From assembly GCA_965218425.1 (NCBI GenBank), contig OZ244621.1:160001-224000 (forward strand): 64,000 nt of DNA, in the 5' to 3' direction. This stretch comes from an uncultured Candidatus Binatia bacterium (GTDB taxonomy: Bacteria > Desulfobacterota > Binatia > UBA9968 > CAXXLF01). Below, in pieces: positions 60,261 through 64,000 of this stretch (the stretch's first letter is position 1; the number at the start of each line of letters is the position of its first letter). Under the pieces are notes generated by a model. It had not been told where the DNA came from. It worked only from the letters and a program-made list of their open reading frames with translations, and searched no databases. The translations under genes and the position numbers were made by a program.

Positions 60261-61019
60261 TCATGGCTTTATCTCCCGTGCGGTTCCGGTGGCCTTAGGT
60301 TGCCGTAGCACATCGTTGTCCTCTCGCTGATCAACAATTTCACAATCGACCATAGATAGCCCCATGAGGTGTATTCCCGTAATCCTTCCTTGGGCCGCGA
60401 GCCGATCCCCTTTGGTCATAGTTTCAATTTCCGGCCACCATCTTCCCCTCTTAAAACGAAGACGCGGTGATGGGCCAAACACATGGCCAAGCGTTACATA
60501 GACGTAATTCTCGTTTAGGGAAATATCTTGGATTACGTGTTGTATTCTGATCCACTTCCCGATGTGAGGTCGACTAAGATTTTCTCTATCCAGTGTAGTG
60601 ATATTGTTTTTTCGAATTGCTGCAAAAATTTCGCCTACTTTTCTCTTGGTGTATATGCGCTTTTCTGTCTCCCTATTAACCTGTTTAGCCGTCGCCGCCT
60701 GGCCGAGGTGATCCCGAGCCCAAGACCGGATTTTTAGACATGCTCTACGATACCACGGCGGTCTAGTCAGGGTAACTTTCGGCTGTGAAACATGAAAAGA
60801 CCAGTTGACGGGATTGGCGTCAACAGAGAATGATTGTGAACGCCTTGGTTTAATTTTCCAAGTGATAAATGCGGTTAACAAAGCGAGAACACTGACAATC
60901 AACCACACCCCAGCAGCGTCATCAGGAAATAAGCTCACAGCCAACTCCCCAAACGCGAAAATTGCGGTTTCAATACAAACAAATACAGTAATTTTTTGCA
61001 GATTCGACTTCGATTCCAT
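60261..61019 (-). CDS. Hypothetical membrane protein
   Basis: 252-aa ORF, two N-terminal TM helices and a beta-rich C-terminal domain. Confidence 0.55.
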   Translation of the reverse strand: MESKSNLQKITVFVCIETAIFAFGELAVSLFPDDAAGVWLIVSVLALLTAFITWKIKPRRSQSFSVDANPVNWSFHVSQPKVTLTRPPWYRRACLKIRSWARDHLGQAATAKQVNRETEKRIYTKRKVGEIFAAIRKNNITTLDRENLSRPHIGKWIRIQHVIQDISLNENYVYVTLGHVFGPSPRLRFKRGRWWPEIETMTKGDRLAAQGRITGIHLMGLSMVDCEIVDQREDNDVLRQPKATGTAREIKP

Positions 61020-61346
61020 AGCGCAATGCTACGATTTTTACCGCCTTTAATCTGAAGTATAAAGGGGATAGTCAGGTTCTTCAAAGGCCGTCAACCCGAC
61101 TGGATTACAGCGAAGATAGCGGTGGAAGAAGCTCGATACCGACTCATGGTGGTTGCCCGATATTCAAGCCGTGATGCCGGAGCGATGAGCCGTGGGTTGG
61201 GCTGGTTGGAACACCGCGTCCAAACGGACAGGCCAATGACCCCAATAGCCACACCTCCGTCAGGACTCTAGTACGATATTCCCTCCTGTCCTGTCACCTG
61301 CAAAATCCTATGGTAGACTTTGGCTTCTCTCCAAGTTGGACGGTAA

Positions 61347-62435
61347 TCACTCGATCCCAAAACGCTTTTTAAGTCTTTCTACCGTGTGATTCCACTTCGG
61401 AGTCTTAGGCTTTGCAACAGTATTCTGGTTACCGAAGAATCCCTTCTCCTTAATTGCTTGATCTCGACGGACAGTCTTAACCCAGCGAACCCTAGCCAGA
61501 AATTCCGCCTTTTCTATGTCATCCATTCCAATCCGCATTCCAGCAGCTTTAACTGGAAGATCAAGCAAGTGTAATATCTTACCGTGATCGTCAGTAACCT
61601 TAAAATCGTCAATCACTACCATAGGCTCCAACACTTCACCCACTCCCACATAGCCTTCACCGGGGATATTCACCCAGATTCGAGAACCCGGTTGTAACAA
61701 TTTTAGTGTTCCGGTATACCAGTCACCTCCACCGGCGCTTACGAATCCATATTTAACCGCATCATCCCAATCTCGGTGCTCGTTTACACCGAACGAAACG
61801 TAATACTCCCCATTCCACTCGCCTTGTTTAGGGTCATCTACCGGTGTGATCGGTTCACTTAACCATGCCCTCGTTAAATACTCTCGGTCGCCGTCTTTGA
61901 AAGTTCGAAAGAACAGAGCATTAATCGAAAGCTCGTGGTATTCGGCCAGATACTTGACGATTCTTTCAGTGCTTGGGTCTAAAGTCGACGCGACGATTAC
62001 CAATTCATGTTGGTCATTGAGTTCGTCCGGCATGGATTTCAGCGCAAATCGCTTCAAGAAGGCTTCATCGAGTGACTGATCCGGTTCATCAGAATGATAT
62101 CTGGTTCTGTATTCAGCATAGATTTTGGCGATACCTTCAGACTTTAGAACTCTCACCCAAGAGCCGTAGTCTAGCGCCTGTGCTAAGATATCGCGCGGTG
62201 TCTTGTCACGTTTGATTTCGATAACAACGAGATTGCCTTGTCGATCAATCGCTAAAAGATCAACTCTCCCATCCCAGTCGGTACGAACCTGTCGCCCGAT
62301 TATCATCCAATTAGGGGACGCAATTGAAATATGTTTTTCAAGGATCTCCTCGAGCCGGGATTCCAGATCCATGGTTCCAAACGAGACCGGATCAATTCCC
62401 GAGTCGATGCGCCAAATCCCAAACTCAACAGGCAT
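61347..62435 (-). CDS. NucS/DUF91-like PD-(D/E)XK endonuclease domain protein
   Basis: ESRLEE, IGRQV, VDLLAID..G.LVVIEIKR, AQALDY. Confidence 0.8.
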   Translation of the reverse strand: MPVEFGIWRIDSGIDPVSFGTMDLESRLEEILEKHISIASPNWMIIGRQVRTDWDGRVDLLAIDRQGNLVVIEIKRDKTPRDILAQALDYGSWVRVLKSEGIAKIYAEYRTRYHSDEPDQSLDEAFLKRFALKSMPDELNDQHELVIVASTLDPSTERIVKYLAEYHELSINALFFRTFKDGDREYLTRAWLSEPITPVDDPKQGEWNGEYYVSFGVNEHRDWDDAVKYGFVSAGGGDWYTGTLKLLQPGSRIWVNIPGEGYVGVGEVLEPMVVIDDFKVTDDHGKILHLLDLPVKAAGMRIGMDDIEKAEFLARVRWVKTVRRDQAIKEKGFFGNQNTVAKPKTPKWNHTVERLKKRFGIE

Positions 62436-62597
62436 AAGTATTCACTCCTTCGCCGCTTCACTCCTTAACTTCTCATTTTCAAGAGTCTCGCCCTACTTTC
62501 TCGGTCTTTTCTGGTAGCTCGTCCACCACTCCGCTTCTCCTCTAAGCCGCTTGTACGCCTCCGATGCCAGCCAGCCCGTGCAATCTTCTGAAAAGCA

Positions 62598-62869
62598 GGG
62601 CCAGACTTGCCTTTTTGCTATTCCGGGTTTCCTCCCCTTTCGGATTCCAGCTTGTATCGTGCCGGTTCTCTCTTGGAATGTCCTGTCCGTTTGGACGCGG
62701 TCAACCAAAAAATGGATGCGGTGCTTTCTCGTCGATAGCATTACCTGGGTGTATCGTTTGTGATAGTCTAACCCGACGTAAAGCATAGGGTCTTCTCCTT
62801 TCAGGTTTGATGGCCGCTGCAACCGCCATCCTACTGGAGCTTGACCCCTTTTTCATGTTACCTGCCCCC
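62598..62869 (-). mobile_element. IS110-derived non-autonomous element, copy I (complete)
   Basis: Both ends; near-identical core to copy H. Confidence 0.82.
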
Positions 62870-63136
62870 GGCCCCCCAACGCTCCTTAGAGCCAAGAGCT
62901 ATGATGGATGGCCGTGTCTCCGTTTATCCAAGGAATATCGTAGAACGAGTCTAAGCAAGAATCAGCCTAAAACTCATCCAGGTGAATCGACCAGACAAAC
63001 AGAGGCATTGCCCAGAACAAGTACAGTTCTTCCCTGGGCCTGCGGGAACAGACCACTGAGTCATTGATGTATGGTGTCTTGCACACCACTGGTAAAGGGT
63101 TCAAATCTTTTGTTGACAAATAAAATCTTCTAGATT

Positions 63137-63187
63137 TTCCAGCCGCCTGCGAAATCTTCCAGCCGCCTCCGAAATCTTCTATCCGCT
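63137..63187. repeat. Short tandem repeat, 20-bp unit x about 2.5
   Basis: TTCCAGCCGCCT(G/C)CGAAATC repeated. Confidence 0.6.
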
Positions 63188-63423
63188 TCACGCTTTAAGT
63201 GAATCCCATGGCACGCCCAGCCCACCCCGTGTTTTCGAATTCTCCGATTCTCCATTTTTCGCTTCGCGTTGTTTAACAAACCGTTTCGCCTTGGGCCCCC
63301 TCGTTTCGACGTTTCCTAACCCGCTCCGGTAGGTATCCAGCGGAAGCCGGGCCACAGGGGTCCGGCCCATCACCAGACAGCGGCCGTGGCCGTGAGAACG
63401 GAGCCCGTTGTGAGTGCCGACAA

Positions 63424-64000
63424 GTGCTCAACGCCTTACGGCATCCAATAGTGAATCACATGGGATAGACGAGAATACCAACCTTCCTTTTTGGCGTGCT
63501 CAACGCCTTACGGCATCCAATAGACAATCACTCCTCCGGGACTTCCGTCATCCCCATCATCCCCATGTGCTCAACGCCTTACGGCATCCAATAGTGAATC
63601 ACCAGCGGCGAGGAGGAGTTGAAAGATGCGCTCCTGGGCGTGCTCAACGCCTTACGGCATCCAATAGTGAATCACTCCGTCGGCATACGTTCATCGCGAT
63701 GTATGGGACCGGTGCTCAACGCCTTACGGCATCCAATAGTGAATCACCGTTTGGCCTGATTACGATACCGGCAGGCATACGCGTGCTCAACGCCTTACGG
63801 CATCCAATAGTGAATCACACGAATTACACGCAAATCTTCAGAACCCCTCTGAAGTGCTCAACGCCTTACGGCATCCAATAGTGAATCACCCGCTGAGATC
63901 TGCCGCGCCCTCGGCCTCGATTTCTAGTGCTCAACGCCTTACGGCATCCAATAGTGAATCACAAACACAAATTGACGCGATGCTGAGCGCGCTTGAAAGT
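63424..64000 (-). CRISPR. CRISPR array (I-B/Myxan-like repeat), continues past the window end
   Basis: Eight 36-bp repeats GTGCTCAACGCCTTACGGCATCCAATAGTGAATCAC plus the start of a ninth; 35-37 bp spacers; minus orientation inferred from the GTTGAGCAC 3' end. Confidence 0.97.

Noticed and set aside
63414..63881. 155-aa repetitive ORF
   Set aside because: Translation of the CRISPR array

Overview
Mosaic bacterial accessory region. The backbone looks like a Deltaproteobacteria/Candidatus Binatia-type genome (inferred from gene content only). It carries a Liv-type ABC operon, several orphan solute-binding protein/permease pairs, four amidohydrolases, a tandem heme-oxygenase-like (PqqC/CADD/TenA) gene pair, an aromatic catabolism cluster (Rieske alpha/beta, LigB-like dioxygenase, meta-cleavage hydrolase), UbiD, DjlA, a NucS-like nuclease and an MmeI-like RM enzyme. 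Mobile DNA includes three near-identical IS630 copies, IS3/IS21/IS1182/IS1595 remnants, and about nine copies or fragments of a ~270-bp non-autonomous IS110-derived element sitting at the borders of foreign-looking gene cassettes. The main candidate novel system lies between two direct copies of that element at 47.5-53.4 kb. It has an intact type I-C Cascade (cas5c-cas8c/cas11-cas7c), with cas3 and cas4 reduced to fragments and cas1/cas2 absent. A one-spacer mini-array follows, and a stand-alone HNH nuclease starts 24 bp after the last repeat. A separate I-B-like CRISPR array runs off the right end of the window.
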